Part shown: positions 31,921-32,000 of the stretch, in pieces
How positions within the stretch are numbered: position 1 is the first letter of the stretch
How the letters are laid out: every line of letters starts with the position of its first letter
Source of the DNA: Geotalea uraniireducens Rf4
Lineage (GTDB): Bacteria; Desulfobacterota; Desulfuromonadia; Geobacterales; Geobacteraceae
Length of the DNA: 32,000 nt
Assembly (NCBI RefSeq): GCF_000016745.1
Contig: NC_009483.1
Coordinates: 180,001-212,000 of the forward strand
Reading direction: 5' to 3'
Position numbers and translations under genes: made by a program
Notes under the pieces: generated by a model
Seen by the model: only the letters and a program-made list of their open reading frames with translations
What the model was told of the DNA's origin: nothing
Database searches by the model: none

Positions 31921-32000
31921 TATGCCCTGGATTCAGAGCTACACCCCGGTAGGAGGAAGTCTCGGTTTGTCGGCACTGGTTGCTGCCATTCCACTCGTGG
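31921..32000 (+). CDS. L-lactate permease (LctP family) N-terminus, truncated by the window end
   Basis: AGGAG lies 8 nt upstream. MPWIQSYTPVGGSLGLSALVAAIPLV resembles the remembered LldP N-terminus pattern (W-Q-x-Y-x-P-x-G...LS-L-A-x-P). Only 26 aa are visible. Confidence 0.5.

Overview
This is a chromosomal window with GC in the high 50s % (judged by eye, not computed). The proteins look Geobacter-like (Desulfuromonadota); that is an inference from remembered families, since no search was possible.

Positions 1-20.9 kb carry housekeeping and signalling genes:
- a partial tRNA-Ala, a GAF sensor kinase, dksA and radA
- a translationally coupled HEAT-repeat/HD-GYP pair, plus a second HEAT protein
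- an orphan fabH and a SAM methyltransferase
- two small orphan ORFs and one IS4-family insertion just upstream of mfd
- two PpiC/SurA-type PPIases, a CbpA-like J-protein and hemY

Positions 20.9-31.5 kb form one minus-strand redox block. It starts with lutC and a fused lutB-lutA (LUD/CCG-type lactate-utilisation Fe-S enzyme). A seven-gene operon follows in the order hdrC-hdrB-hdrA-flxD-flxC-flxB-flxA, of the HdrABC/FlxABCD type. A lactate-permease-like gene starts divergently at the window edge.

The main signal that ordinary annotation does not explain lies in this operon. All six of its intercistronic gaps (80-169 nt) are almost filled by long imperfect hairpins. Each hairpin is different, and its arms are built from 7-10 nt tandem units. 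Examples are (GTTCGAG)x11 facing (TCGAACC)x3, and a 9-bp microsatellite x13 that contains the hdrB start codon. A weaker element with the same heptad-array layout sits at the surA-like/cbpA convergent junction. The function of these elements is unknown. I found no CRISPR array, rRNA or recognisable defence system.
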